DNA from: the human T2T-CHM13v2.0 reference genome, Homo sapiens
Direction: 5' to 3' (one strand)
Assembly: GCF_009914755.1 (NCBI RefSeq)
Contig: NC_060936.1
DNA: 64,000 nt
Below the pieces are notes generated by a model, which saw only the letters and a program-made list of their open reading frames with translations, was not told the origin of the DNA and searched no databases. A program made the translations under genes and the position numbers. Of the stretch, positions 44,500 to 57,059 are shown piece by piece (position 1 is the first letter of the stretch; each line of letters begins with the position of its first letter).

Positions 44500-44830
44500 G
44501 AAATGAAAAGAATTAGGTTTTTGCGGCCAGAAATCTGTGCATTCCAAGCTCAACTCTGTCATATAATAAGATCATAGGAAGTTATTAATGATTTTCTAGA
44601 GCCTCAGTTTTCTCCTCCATTAAAGTGGGGATTATTCTAAACTACAACCATGGATGATTGTAAATGATTTTATATATGTATTTATTTATATATATGATTA
44701 TATATATATGTATTCATTATTTATGTATAATCATTTACAATCATCCATGGTTGTAGTTTAGAATAATCCCCACTTTAATATATATGTATATATAATATAT
44801 ATATAGTGTCTAGAATAATATTCACTCAAA
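44500..44830 (+). mobile_element. MIR containing an inverted duplication
   Basis: MIR core GCCTCAGTTTTCTCCTCCATTAAAGTGGGGAT. Further MIR-core relics at ~5980-6260, 19570-19760, 40550-40730, 45790-45930, 46350-46540 and 51380-51520. Confidence 0.65.
44619..44779. repeat. Perfect 51-bp inverted repeat with a 59-bp TA-rich spacer
   Basis: 44619-44669 is the exact reverse complement of 44729-44779. Confidence 0.97.
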
Positions 44831-45339
44831 AACTGCCTCTTTTCTCTCTCTTCCTAATATAAAAAGGAGCACTTATTCAGTGTTAACAATTTTCTAAGTT
44901 TCTGATTCTTTAGTTTTGATTGCTAAAGTTAAAACTAAGGTCTTCAAAATGCCTCAAGATTAGCAATAAATTGTGCTCTTAATTTTTCTTCTTTATATTT
45001 TTATGGCATCTTTTATTTCTGCTTGATTTATTTGAAACTGTGTCTTTAACAGTTTAGGTGTCAAATGGCAGTTCTGATGACAGGATCTGACATCACTGTA
45101 TGGAAGGTTGAATATTGCTGTTTTACAAGAGGAGGTAACTACGAAAATTATAAGATGGGATGTTGTTTCACAAAAAAACTAAGTAATTCCATCTCATAAA
45201 TATAATTGAAACATCTTGTGAGTCTATGGTTTGGAATTTTTTACATACATTTCTGGAAATTTTCTGATATCAAATTTTTATAATGAATTAATCTAGAAAA
45301 GTTGTGGTAGAGGAATCTATATAGTCATATATAAGTATT

Positions 45340-45343
<4 letters not shown>

Positions 45344-45386
<43 letters not shown>
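45344..45386. repeat. Pure (TA)21 microsatellite
   Basis: Uninterrupted alternating TA, 43 bp. Confidence 0.97.
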
Positions 45387-45388
<2 letters not shown>

Positions 45389-46664
45389 ATTCTTGTACTT
45401 TTTCTGCTCAAACATAAATTTTATTTCTTAACCAGAAATTATTATTTACTAAGTGTTAAGTCTCAGTGTTCTGGCCAATCTTCTCTATCATAAAAGATGA
45501 CTTTTTTCCTTGCCATTTCTTGCAAGTAATCCTTATTATAGTTATTCAATATTATGCTTTATTTCCATAATGAAAGAATGATATGAACTTCATAGTATAG
45601 ACAGATTAAAAAATACTTGATATGAATGACCAGACATTAATGACAATGACCCTTTTTAACAAATGTTTTTTCTTCGTTGAATTTTCACAAATGGTGTACC
45701 TTTATTAAGGTGTATCTTATTGTTTTCATTTTTGAGTTATTGCTTTATATTAGATATGCTTTAAAGTTGATTTCCTCATATCATAATTTATATGTAATGA
45801 TATACTATTTACATATTGAGGCTCAGAAATTAACTTGTCCAACGTTACACAGCTAGTAAATGGAGGATTTGGGATTTGAACTCAGATCTGTCAGAAATCA
45901 AAGCACTTAGGTTGTTACCCACATCACTTTCCTATGTTATATAGGAATTATATAGATATTCCTCTTTATTAAAAGGAGAGAATATTTAAAGGTAGAGACT
46001 ATACTTTTAACCCTATGGCATCACCATTAGCAATGACATTATATGTTTATCCGTGGATGCCAGATGATACCCTGTATTTGTATAAAGGTTTCTCTAGTGA
46101 TTCTAGTGTACAACCAAGCTGGGAAGTTCCTATGTTTATAATCGTTGTGCAATAAACATTGATACATATAAATGGGAGACAAAAAGAAGAAGTACTAGGA
46201 GTACTAAGCATGAAATATATCTGTTTATACAGTGAATATATTATTTCATATAGGAATACAATGACTATATTTTAATGTTCCATGAGGAATCCATAATAAA
46301 ATATTTTACATTTATGATTTTACTATACAAGAGTTTATTTTATAATAGCATTTTGAAGGGGAAATAGACCAGGACCCAAACACCTTGGGTCAAAGGCACT
46401 GTTCTACCATTTAATAGCTTTATTCCATTAAGGAAATCATTTCCTTTCTAGCCCTCAGTTTGTCAATCTGTAAGATGGCAATGATGTCACCAATAGGCTA
46501 TACTAATGACTAATTTAATTTGTCAAAGTGCTTTACTAAGCATGGGGTATGATACAGTAAACCTCGCCCTATGCACTAATCATGATGAATATAAAATCTC
46601 CTTGTCTTTACCATCTAGCACCATTACTTAATAAAGGTGCTGAGCTGCTACCAATGCCTAGAGT

Positions 46665-47304
46665 AAAGAAGCATGTTTAGCTATTTAAATAAAGGTATAG
46701 TAATTATGTTTCATTGTTCAGTCATTTATTTTTTGTTCTTGAGTGCTGTTAGTTTACAAAAGAAATAATAGTGTGCAAAAATACCTTTTTTAAAAAAAAT
46801 ATGTTTCTGCCCTTATAAAGCTTAATAGTCCATTGAGAGAAAAAGATACACACCAAAGAAGCCCAGAAATTATAACTACAATAAAGCTGTGGAATAGAAT
46901 AATATAATACTAGAAACATAACATCAGGGAGACCTGACCCAATATGGGAGATCAGTGAAAGCTTCCCTAAACAAGTTATGTCTGAGTTAAAATCTGAAGA
47001 ATAGGAGTTAACCAAGCAAATGTGGTGGATAAAGACGGGAACATTCCTATTAGGGAAGCAGCGTGTATAAAAGCCCTCCAAAAAATAGAAAGAAAGCCAA
47101 AGTGTCCAGAGCACAGAGAAACGAGAGAAAAGGGGTAGTCAGTGCCAGTCCATGCAGAATCCTGACTTCTGCATGACTATCTAAGAAAAGAAGCATGTTT
47201 AGCTATTTAAATAAAGTTATAGTAATTATGTTTCACTGTTCATTCAGTCAGTTATTTTTTGTTCTTGAGTGCTGTTATTTTACAAAAGAAATAATAGTGT
47301 GCAA
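46665..47304. repeat. Dispersed direct duplication, 114/118 bp
   Basis: 46665-46778 versus 47187-47304: 4 substitutions and one 4-bp indel. Confidence 0.95.
46710..47160 (-). mobile_element. L2 3' fragment
   Basis: CTGCCCTTATAAAGCTTA...TCAGTGAAAGCTTCCCT...CTGAAGAATAGGAGTTAACCAAGC. Confidence 0.65.
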
Positions 47305-48210
47305 CTTCTAGATACCTGTAGCCCATGACCAAATACCACCATATCAGTATCTCAACCCAGTAACCCCACACTAGGCCATGATAAAACCTCATAGTCCTTG
47401 CTATGTACAATATTCTGCACTGTATAATCCAGTCTATAACCTAGAAATCATTTGCTCCAACATCCCTATCTAGTATCAGTTGAATGACTACTTTGTGAAG
47501 CTCCATTCATGCCAACCATGGAATTGCTCCTAGATTGAGGTTTATTTTATTGACAACTTGCTACTCATTATAGCTTCTTGTTACTTGCAAAGGACTCTGA
47601 GAACTTTATTACAGTTAGACTTTCATATTGTTGTGGTGAAATCTTGGGGCTAAACAAATTATTCCACCAGTTCTTCTGACATGAGGCAACCCCTGTTACC
47701 ATTTGCTATGCCTGATTGGCCTTGAGGGTGCCAAGTTCACAGCCTGCTTGTGCTGGTAGTTAATGTTAATAAAAGACCCCTTTTTTCCTCTGCTCTGGAC
47801 TTTCACTCTTCTCTCAAGTCATCGTGCTGCATAACTTTCTGGACTACCAAACTCAGTTTATTTTCTTTTTTTTGTGTGCCATTTTTAATGTTCTTCATAT
47901 ACAAAGACATCTGCCTGTGTTTACAATCTTTAATCCCAACTGACACAATGATCTGATAGGATATAAAATAAATACTTATGATCTCACATCCCTTATTAAC
48001 AGAATCACTGGGACACCTTGCATATTCCTGGGGGTTTTGCTACAGTAATGCAATCCCCTATTCCATCCTTAATATCAATCTTTATGAAACCTGTGATCTC
48101 TATTCCTATATATCTCTATTTTCTCTTCTATAATCCTAGAGTTCATGATGTTTGTATATCATCATGGCCAATAATTTCTATCCTAGGGTGATTATAAAAG
48201 AAGTCTCTTT

Positions 48211-48516
48211 GGCCGGGCATGGTGGCTCATGCCTGTAATCCCAGCACTTTGGGAGGCCGAGGTGGGTGGATCTTGAGGTCAGGAGATGGAGACCATCCTG
48301 GCTAACATGGTGAAACCCCATCTCTACTAAAAAAAAAAAATACAAAAAATCAGCCAGGCATGGTGGCACACACCTGTAGTCCCAGCTACTCAGGAGGCTG
48401 AGGCAGGAGAATCACTTGAACCTGGGAGGTGGAGGTTGCAGTAAGCTGAGATCACACCACTGCACTCCAGCCTGGGCTACAGAGCAAACTCCATCTCAAT
48501 TAAAAAAAAAAAAAAA
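48211..48516 (+). mobile_element. Alu (AluSc-like)
   Basis: Full dimer with GAGACCATCCTGGCTAAC and an S-type right arm. Partial TSD AGTCTCTT. Confidence 0.92.
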
Positions 48517-49114
48517 GGCAGTCTCTTCTTCCTTTGAAGCTATAACATTTAATGCACACAAACCTTAACAACCAAGTTGAGTGTCCAGACCGTGTATAAC
48601 AGATAACAGCCTACTACCAATCTACACTTAACATGACTAGTATCTCCTTGAGTTATCTCCAGTCTTTGTGGCCCTTCTAGATACTTAATATTGTCAAAAA
48701 AGTATTCTGACATTTGTTAACATAGTAGAGAAGGCTTTGTTTGGACCTATTGTGATCAATGTCAAGACTATCACAATAGAGAAGAGAGATTGGGTCACTT
48801 GTGAACACAACAAGGATACCAGGCAAATCTACCTTTCTAGGCTTTGTCCATAATTATGCCAAGACATTTTGGAGATGTTTTGAGTGTCAGATCCATGAGA
48901 TAACATGTTGCCTGCACATGGAAAGAGACTAAGATATAGGAACTCAGGGACACAGCAAGGTTCTTTCCAATGGAAGTTGTATAACACCACTGGGTGGAGG
49001 ATAATCCTTACACTAACAACAATGGCTGGCATTCACTGAGTACATAAGTGCCAGAAGCTGCTCTAAGAACTTTATAAGCCATGCTAAAACATTCTCAAAA
49101 AATCCTTTGTTAAT

Positions 49115-49583
49115 CTCATTCTGTGGGTTGTCTTTTCACTTTTTTGATTATATCCTTTGCTGTGCAGAAGCTTTTTAACTAATATGATCCCATTTGTCCA
49201 TTTTTCTTTGGTTGCCTGTGCTTGTGGGGTATGGCTCAAGCAATTTTTTTCCCGACCAATGTCATGGAGGTTTCCCCAATGTTTTCTGTAGTAGTTTCAT
49301 GGTTAGAGGTCTTAGATTTAAATCTTTAATCAATTTTGATTTGATTTTTGTATATGGCAAGAGACAGTGGTCTAGTTTCATTCTTCTGCATACGAATATC
49401 CAGTTTTTCCAGCACCATTTATTGAAGAGACTGTCTTTTCCCCAGTGTATATTCTTGGCACCTTTGTCAACAGTGAGTTCACTTTAGGTGTGTGAATTTG
49501 TTTCTGGGTTTTCCATTCTGTTCCATGGGTCTATGTGTCTGTTTTTATGCCACTACCATGCTGTTTTGGTTACTGTAGCTCTT
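49115..49583 (-). mobile_element. Isolated internal L1 ORF2 fragment (L1MA/L1PB age) without 3'UTR or polyA
   Basis: Antisense ORF2 text TTTGCTGTGCAGAAGCTTTTT...CCATGCTGTTTTGGTTACTGTAGCTCT, homologous to 62037-62503. Confidence 0.85.
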
Positions 49584-50144
49584 TAGGCCAGGACTTGTTT
49601 AAAACTTGGCCGGATGACTATTCTTTGTTCACCTGTATGGTACAAAATACGATGAATAATTACTGAGTATGGTTCCTAATTTATCATGTACAAAACTCTA
49701 AATGCCCCTCTCCTCCATTCCCCATCCCATATATATTGCAAGATGTTGAAGGGAAGTATAAAGCTGTGTAAAGTTTTTATGAGACTTTCTCTCTGACCAG
49801 AAATTATACACATACTCCCTTTTAATATATTAAAGGGAGAACTTTTAAAAAATCCTACCCTCAGTGCCTCAAATAAAGAAAGGTGAGAATTTTGTGATCA
49901 GATGTCACCATGGCCCATATTTTCTACCCCAGAGAAGATTATGAAAGTTCTTTCTCCTTATTTTGAAGTTATAATTTGTCATGTCCTTGGTTCAAGGTAT
50001 GCAAAAATCCTTTTGTGTCCATCCTTATCTTTAGAGGTAGGAATAACACTACATCAGTCCAAGAAGAGAGAATAAAAAGTACAGTAGAAAGATTAGCTAC
50101 TAAATCTTACCTAATTCAATCACACTGAGATGCCCCAAACTACA

Positions 50145-50694
50145 TGTGGCAAGCAGTCTCTAAAAGGATCCCAATAATTTTTCCTCTTGATACCTATGCC
50201 CTTATGTAATCCCCTTTCCTTGAGTGTATGCTGTCCTAGTGATTTGCTTATAACCAATAGAATATGGCAAAGGGGACAGTATGCTATTTCTATGATTAGG
50301 TTACATAAGACTGTGACTTCCGTCTTGCTAGTAGAGTCTCTTCCTCATTGGCTTTGATGAAACAAGCTGCTATGTTGGAGAGACTCATGTGGTGAGAAAG
50401 TAAAAGAGACCTCTGGACAACAGCCAGGAAGGAACAAGGCCCTCAGTCTAACAGCCTACAAATAACTGAATTTTGCCAATAACCACATGCGTTCTGAAGC
50501 AGATTTCTCCCTAGATAATTCCTCAGATAAGACCAAAGCCATGTCTAGCACTTTGGAGAGATCATGAAGCAGAGGATGAGGTTCATTTGGGCCTGGTCTC
50601 TTGTTCCACAGGAATTATGAGATGATAAACATGGGTTACTCTAAGTTACTAAGCTTATGGCAATTTGTTAAGCTGCCACATATAACTAATATAC
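50145..50694 (+). mobile_element. MLT1-family (MaLR) solo LTR
   Basis: TGTGGCAAGCAG...AACCAATAGAATATGGCAAAGG...GCAATTTGTTA...ATAACTAATA. Confidence 0.8.
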
Positions 50695-51639
50695 CAGACT
50701 AGCCCTTGGGAAAATTGGGAGGTTAAATAAATAGAACAGAGTTGCATTTGCTGAATAAGTCAATAATGACAAGGCTTCTTACATGCATAGGCTTCCTACT
50801 CTCATTGTTCACCTGTTTATAATATAATGCTTGAATATAAGCATACTAGAAGTGATTGTGCTTCCTCAATAACTTCTACTTGGTTAAAGAGTTTGACTCA
50901 TGTACATTTACTAATTATTTCCATCTACTGCCAGTTCAAAATCTTACGCTTCTATAGCAGTACCTGTTTAGTTCATTAGCTTCATCTTTGGTGATATAGT
51001 TGAAAACCTTCTCTTGCTGGCATGTTCCTTCTGGCAGCTGGATGCTTCACCTTATTATAGAGCTGTGTTTCTCTGTTTCTGACCCAGTTTCCTTCTCCCA
51101 GAGAAGTCAGCACATCTTGGTATCCTGTGTAAATTCTCCTGGACTGGAGGAGCCTGGGATGTCTAACTAACTCCTTCAGCCCTGTTACTTTCCAGTCACC
51201 TTTCTCTTCAGGCTTCCCTGAGTCCATTTCTCTCCCAGCCCTACCTTGGCCTGTAGATGCACTATCACCATGTAGTCATCCACCCCCCTCTTCCTTCTCT
51301 CTACAACTATCCTCAGGCTTGTAGTGGGGCATCTGCCAACAGTGATGGGCAGGTCAAAATGGCTTCAACTAACTGCCTAAGCACAGTGGCTGAAAGCACA
51401 GATGTTAGAGTAAGACAGTCCTAGATGTAATTCCTGATTCATTATGAGCTATAACCATAAGCAAGTTGCTTAATCTCTCTTTCTCAATTTTTAAATCTAT
51501 AAAATGAGTATGTTAATGCGCTGTTTGTGTGAGCTTTTTTGCCCCAATCTTTATTTCTCATATTAAACTTCCAGAAATATCTTTTTCATTTTACATTTTC
51601 ATCATTTCAGAATTGTATAGACTCATGGCTCTGAATTTC

Positions 51640-52760
51640 ACTCTGGCTCATTTTATTAATCACTCATGCATTAAGATTTTAGTAAGTGGTTATATATAGC
51701 AGATTGTATAACAAACACCCTGAATTAAAAGAAAAATGAAATTTTATTCCTGACCTCAATGTGCTTATAGCTAGAATGGAAGGAATACAATTATAAATAA
51801 TGCCATTAGTTAAGAAATAAAATATGTGCCAAGAGCTTGAGAAAATAGATGTGTGAACGATTAGCTTGGAATCCAGGGATTCCCAGAAGAAGTGACACTT
51901 GAACTGAAACTTGAAATATGAGTAGGAATTTATAAGTTAAAAAGCAGTGGAGATGATAGTGTAGAGAAAACAGAATCTGTAAAAGTCACAGCATTATGCA
52001 AGAACATGGCAAGTTAGAATGTTAGGTAAAGAATTGAGAAGATAATTTTTTTTCATGCAGGAAGGGGATAAAGGGATGACAAAATAAACTGTCATCAGAT
52101 TGAGAATGATCCAGAATGTGGTATCTAAAGGCGATAGAGAAGTGGAGGATGACTAAAGTTTTTAGCTTAAACAACTGGCAGCTGGTTTCTTGATTTACCT
52201 GCCTGTCATTCAGCTGCATGTTACTCCATCTCATCCTGTTCCATTCTTCTATGAGATCAACCACAGCGTTAATATCTTGGCTAGCTTTTTTGGCTTTGGG
52301 AGGCCCAGTTGAGTATATCTTTCTGTCAGCTGGCTTGCCTGCGAATCATTTCTCCATTTATTTTTCTAGGGCTCAACTATTATTCCAATTATATCACCTA
52401 TCACTGGAAGAAGAATGACTGATAGTGTCAATGCAAATAGAGCATCCAGGTGGAACAGATTGTGGGCTGAGGAAGAGTGTAGATAGAAAACAAGCTATGA
52501 TTTTGTTGAATTTGGCTATAGGGGTCCAGTGGATCTCTAACCAAATGTGTCAGCCAAGCAACTGGAGATCAAAGCCAAGAGTTGATGAGAAATGCCTGAG
52601 ATTATTTGTAGATTAAGTAGATTCAAAGTGGGAATGCTATTAGTTGAAGCTGTGAGAATGGGTATGGTCACCCAGAATATGTAGAAAGTGAGACCATGGA
52701 AGGATTAGAGACACAACCCTCAAGATAATTACTATTTAATGGATGAGAATACGGTTGAGG
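51640..52760 (-). mobile_element. L2 fragments
   Basis: CCTGACCTCAATGTGCTTATAG...TCCCAGAAGAAGTGACACTTGAACTGAAACTTGAA...GAGTAGGAATT. Confidence 0.55.
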
Positions 52761-53399
52761 TATCCTCCTGAAGGCTGGTAAAATTCTCTATGTGAATGGC
52801 ATGGCTATTGATGTTCAAGCCCTAACAGCTGGAATTTACATATGCTAGTAAATAATTTTAAAATGATTCACCTATCCATCAACCCTATCAGGTGAGGTTG
52901 GAATAGCAGGGGTTTGGTTTTTTATTGTTTACTGTTTGTCCTAGAATACTTGTGCACAATTTCTTCCAAGTGCTTCATGTTAGAATGTTTCATCTCCACA
53001 TAGTCTGAATATTCTAAATTAAATCATAAACCTAACTATGTAGCAAACATATATACTCTAGATTCAGGATACCCTGTTAGTTCTTAGAGGTTATATATTT
53101 GATTTAGTGTTTTATCCACTTTTATTTGATATATTTCACTGGCATGGAATATAGAATTATTCATTTCATGCCTAAGAATCTTGCAGGACATGAAGCAATA
53201 GAAGACACGCTGGCTGTCTAGGGAGATAACTAACAGGGTTGTCTGGCCTTGAACTCATATTCTATCCTGGGTATTTTTTGCCTGAATGAGGAACAGACGT
53301 TTGTGCGTTATTCTCAATGCCCTGGTTCTCACAAGTGCCTATTCCTACTGTAGTATTCTAATATGATTCCCCAATGAAATCTTGTAGTTGTCAAATATT

Positions 53400-53975
53400 C
53401 TAATATCAATTGCTGCAAAACAAACCACCTGAAATGTAACAGAGTAAAACAATGACTATTTTATTACGTCCTTGGATTCTGTAATCAGGAATTTGGACAC
53501 AGCATGGTAGGGATGTCTTGTCTCTATGATATCTGGGGCCTAAGCTGAAAAGACTTGAAAGGCAGGAGTTTACTTGAATGGCTGGGGGAAGCAATCATCT
53601 AGAGCTTCGAGCTTCCTTGTTTCTAAGTCTGGTACAGGTCTGGTATGACTTTCAGGCTGGGCTCATCTGGAACTCAACCAGAGCACTTACATGTGGCTTC
53701 TATATGTGACCTGGGCTTTATCACAGCTAAGTGGCTTCAGGGTAGTTGAACTTCCCTGGTGGCTCAAGGTACCAAGAGTGAATGTCCCAGTGAGCAAGGC
53801 CATGTCTGCATGACCTTTTTTTTTTTTTTTTAAATGAACAAGCCTCTGAAATCAGTCACCTCTACAGCACTCCATAGATTGAAGGAGTCTACCCAAATTC
53901 AGGGAGGAGGGATATAGAACCCACTTGTAGATGGAACAAATGTTGAAGAAATTGCAGCTATGTTTTAAAATCAGA
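53400..53975 (-). mobile_element. MLT1-family (MaLR) solo LTR
   Basis: ATTGCTGCAAAACAAACCACC...GGATTCTGTAATCAGGAATTTGGAC...CCCAAATTCAGGGAGGAGGG. Confidence 0.75.
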
Positions 53976-54439
53976 TGGTATGAGAGCTCATGAAATTCTG
54001 ACCCAGCCAGTTTTGTTTTGGCACAGGCCTATAGTCTAATCTATGGAAGTAAACTGCCACATTACTTGGATACCTCATTCTTTTCTTTCTGAAATTCTGT
54101 AACTTGATTTCTGTGCTTCGATACAAACCTAATGAGATCAAGACCTTAACTCCTATGTTATAGCTAATTTGTATTGAAATGATTGATTAACACTCAGTCA
54201 TCTTTGAAGAAAGAGTGAGAGGTGGGCAAACTCTGGCTTTTAGATAGTGTAGGATTAACATACAAAAATCTCATCCTTGAAATGACCTTGGAGTTGGAAG
54301 GGATCTGCACCATGTGCTGTATTCACAAAATAGAGGATATCAATGCTAAGCAGAAATGGGAGCATGAAGGAGAGTTTGTGAGCAGTTGGGAGAGACAAAT
54401 AAGCAATTTGATAGAGAGAAAATAAATTAAAATTAAAGT

Positions 54440-57050
54440 TGTGTATGTGTTTCACCCTAAAATTTTCCATAAAAACAATCACGTTATTTGAGAATACAGA
54501 CAGTTTAAATTCTTTCTGTCTAGTCTTCATGATTTTAAAGTTTATTCTTCCTGTATCACTGTACTGGTGAAGATATCTATTATAATGTTGAATAGAAATA
54601 GTGAGAACAGATATTCTTGTCACATTTGTTATATTAGGGAAAAACACTTAGTCTTTTACCACTGAGTATGATTTGTACTCTTTTACTATTGAGTATGATT
54701 TGTACCTATAGGTTTTTAATGAATGTTCTTTCTCAGATTGAGGAAATTCCTTTCTGTTCTTATTGAGAGTTTTTATTATTTATTATGAATGGGTATTTAA
54801 TTGTGTCACATGCCTTCATATGTCTATGGAAATGACCATATGACTTTTTATTCTATTAATATAGTTAATTGCATTTATTGGCTTTCAAATACAACCTTGT
54901 ATTCCTGTAATAAACCCAATTTAGTCATTATGTACTATGAACTCTTTTATATTATATATTATAAACTTTTATATTTAACTTTCTAATATTTCATTAAACA
55001 ATTTTATATTAATAATGATGAGGTTTATTGTCCAAAATATTTTCTTGTAATTATTTTTTGCATGTGAGGTTTGGTATCAGGATTATATTGGCCTGTTAAA
55101 TGAGTTGGGAGTATTTCCTGCTTCTCTGTTTCTAAAAGATTGTGTAAGACTGATATTGTTTCTTTCTTTGTCTTGATGGAATTCACCACTGGAAACATTT
55201 GGAAATGGAGTTTTCTTTGTAGAATATTTGAGTACAAATTTATTTTCTTTAATGATACAAAGCTATTTAGTTTTTATCTTTGTATTGTATTATCATTTTG
55301 GTAGTTGTATTTTCAGGGAATTTGATGATGTAATCAAAGTTGTCAAATTTATTAGCAGAATGTTAGCCATACTATTCTCTGTAAGCTCCCATGAACATAT
55401 TTGGCAGTGTTTCTTCTTTTATTCCTGATACTTGTGATATGTATTTTCTCTTTTTTCTTGATCAGTCTTGCTAGAGGTTTATTAATTATATTAATGTTTT
55501 CAAGGAAACAACTTTTGACTGTTGTTTTCATTTTTATTATTTTTTCATACTCTTCATTTTAAGCTGCTCATTCTTTTAGATTCTTAAGTTAGAAACTTCA
55601 GTTAGAATTATCTTAGTTAATTTTTCTAATATAAGCATTTGAATGTATAAATTTTCCATAAACGCTATTTGAACTGCACCTCACTAATTTTGATATGTTG
55701 TGTTTTCATTATCCTTGAGTTCAAAATATTTTCCAGTATCCATTGTAATTTCGTCTTTGACTCATAGGTTGTTTTAGTAGCATGTTCATTCCAAATCTGG
55801 GTGGCTTTGCTTTATATTTTCTTTATTTCTAAAATTTCATTATTTTAGTGGTCAGAGAACATGTTTTGTAAGAGTTAATTTTTTTGAAATTTAGTAAGAC
55901 CTATTTTATAGCCCAGCCTACGGTTTACCTTAATGAATGCACCATGTGTACCAGGAGCAAGATATGCACTCTATTGCTATTGGGCATAGTGTTCTAAAGC
56001 ATCAGTTGTCAAATTGGTTCATTCTTTCTTATAGCTTTATTGATTTTTCTAGTTGTGTTATAAATTACCGAGAGAAGGATATTAATATCTCCAATGATAA
56101 TTGTGAAGTTATTAATGTTTCCCTTTATTTATCAGATTTTGCTTTGTGTATTTTGAAATTCTGTCATTAAGTGCATACACACGTGGGATTTTTCTGTCTC
56201 CCTGATGAATTGACTCTATCATTAGTGCAAAAGGTCCTTCCTTATCTCTTGTAGTACTTTCTGCCTTGAAATTTATTTTGACATCAGTATAGCCACACCT
56301 GCATTCTTATGCTTGCTGGCTGCATGGTGTATCTTGTTATCTTTTTATTCTCTACCTTTCTGTCCTTTTCTATTTAAAGTCTATCTCGCAGAGGATATAG
56401 TTGGGTGTTGTTCTTTATTGTATCTGACAATTTCTGCCGTTTTATTTGGAGTATATTAAAATATTTACATTGTATTTATTCTTACTCTGGAAATAAGTTT
56501 ACCATCTTGCTATTAGTTTTGTATTTGTCTTGTGTATTTTTTGTGCGTCTTTTCTTTCCTGCTTTCTTTCATAAAAACAGATTTGAATTTTTTATTATTC
56601 CTTTGTTTACTTTTTGTTTTTTGCTCTAGGTGTTACAATATTCATTCTAAGCTCTCACACTCTGCTTATGGTTAATATTATATCACTTCACATGAAATGT
56701 AAGAAACAAAGTATTTTTCTACTTACCCCTGTTCTTTGTGCTATTGTTATATTTTAGTTTTATACACATTAGAAATTCCACTATACAATATTATTATCAT
56801 TACTTTAAATAGACAAGAGTCTTTCAAATAAGTTAATAGAAGAAAAATAGATAGTATTTTGTATTTAGGCTGTATTTCATATAGCCTCTATATGAAATAT
56901 TTTCATTTCTCTCTATTCCTTCTGTAAATCTGATTTTTCCTCTGGTATCAATTCCCTTTAGTCTGAAGAACTACCTTTAATAATTCTTGTACTGTGATGG
57001 TCTGCTGCTGACCAATTGCCTCCATTTTTCTTTATTTGGTTAATGTCTTT
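54440..57050 (-). mobile_element. Ancient L1M ORF2 internal fragment
   Basis: Decayed antisense ORF2 text (TTGAGGAAATTCCTTTCTGTTC, CAGTCTTGCTAGAGGTTTATT) with weak L1-like peptides in the minus-strand ORFs. Confidence 0.65.
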
Positions 57051-57059
57051 ATTTTTTTA

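Noticed and set aside
47305-48830. Possible ERV internal/LTR relic around the Alu
   Set aside because: Texture is suggestive, but no PBS, PPT or protein motif could be identified with confidence.
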